From positions 1 through 32,000 of the forward strand of contig NC_009933.1 in NCBI RefSeq assembly GCF_000018105.1: a DNA stretch of 32,000 nt. Direction: 5' to 3'. A program made the position numbers and the translations under genes. The notes under the pieces were generated by a model. That model ran no database searches. It saw only the letters and a program-made list of their open reading frames with translations, and was not told the DNA's origin. Numbering within the stretch: the first letter of the stretch is position 1; each line of letters starts with the position of its first letter. Below, in pieces: positions 31,909 through 32,000 of this stretch. Source of the stretch: Acaryochloris marina MBIC11017 (GTDB lineage Bacteria > Cyanobacteriota > Cyanobacteriia > Thermosynechococcales > Thermosynechococcaceae).

Positions 31909-32000
31909 GGGTCAATCTGCCTACGTTTCTTATAGAACCCATTTGAGATCTTTTTATGATGTCGTCAATCCTCTAAAGCCCAGCTAGGAAAGGCATGGAA

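Overview
A 32-kb mosaic of plasmid-like accessory DNA, probably cyanobacterial. Supporting signs are four perfect HIP1 octamers (GCGATCGC), a pentapeptide-repeat protein, a KLC-type TPR protein, and IS21, ISL3 and IS630 elements. Left to right: (1) an IS21-family element nested in an ISL3 transposase gene; (2) a 1309-aa MOBF relaxase / RecD-like helicase / TOPRIM-like fusion; (3) a pentapeptide-repeat membrane protein; (4) a ParMRC-like partition cassette with eleven 11-bp GGGTACCA-type iterons; (5) small genes, each preceded by a conserved 35-bp promoter-like element containing two 7-bp direct repeats; (6) a GNAT acetyltransferase and two secreted proteins. The most unusual part is 17.4-22.7 kb. 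It holds two diverged copies of a Tn7-like transposon end, each followed by a sequence I recognise from memory as a Cas12k (type V-K CAST) tracrRNA homolog and by CRISPR-like repeats ending GGTTGAAAG. One copy has a repeat-spacer-repeat mini-array whose 32-nt spacer matches the GNAT gene. A truncated GNAT paralog carries that protospacer behind a GGTT PAM, and the transposon end starts 52 bp after the PAM. No cas12k, tnsB, tnsC or tniQ is present in the window. An NB-ARC/TPR (NLR-like STAND) gene, split by one in-frame TGA, sits where cas12k would be expected. Further right are an IS630 element inserted in an IS1182/IS5-like transposase remnant, a G+C-richer serine recombinase, and a block of small plasmid/phage-type genes. 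That block includes an XRE-controlled operon and a PAPS-reductase-like PP-loop enzyme. No rRNA or tRNA was recognised. All similarity statements rest on motif recognition and memory, not on searches.
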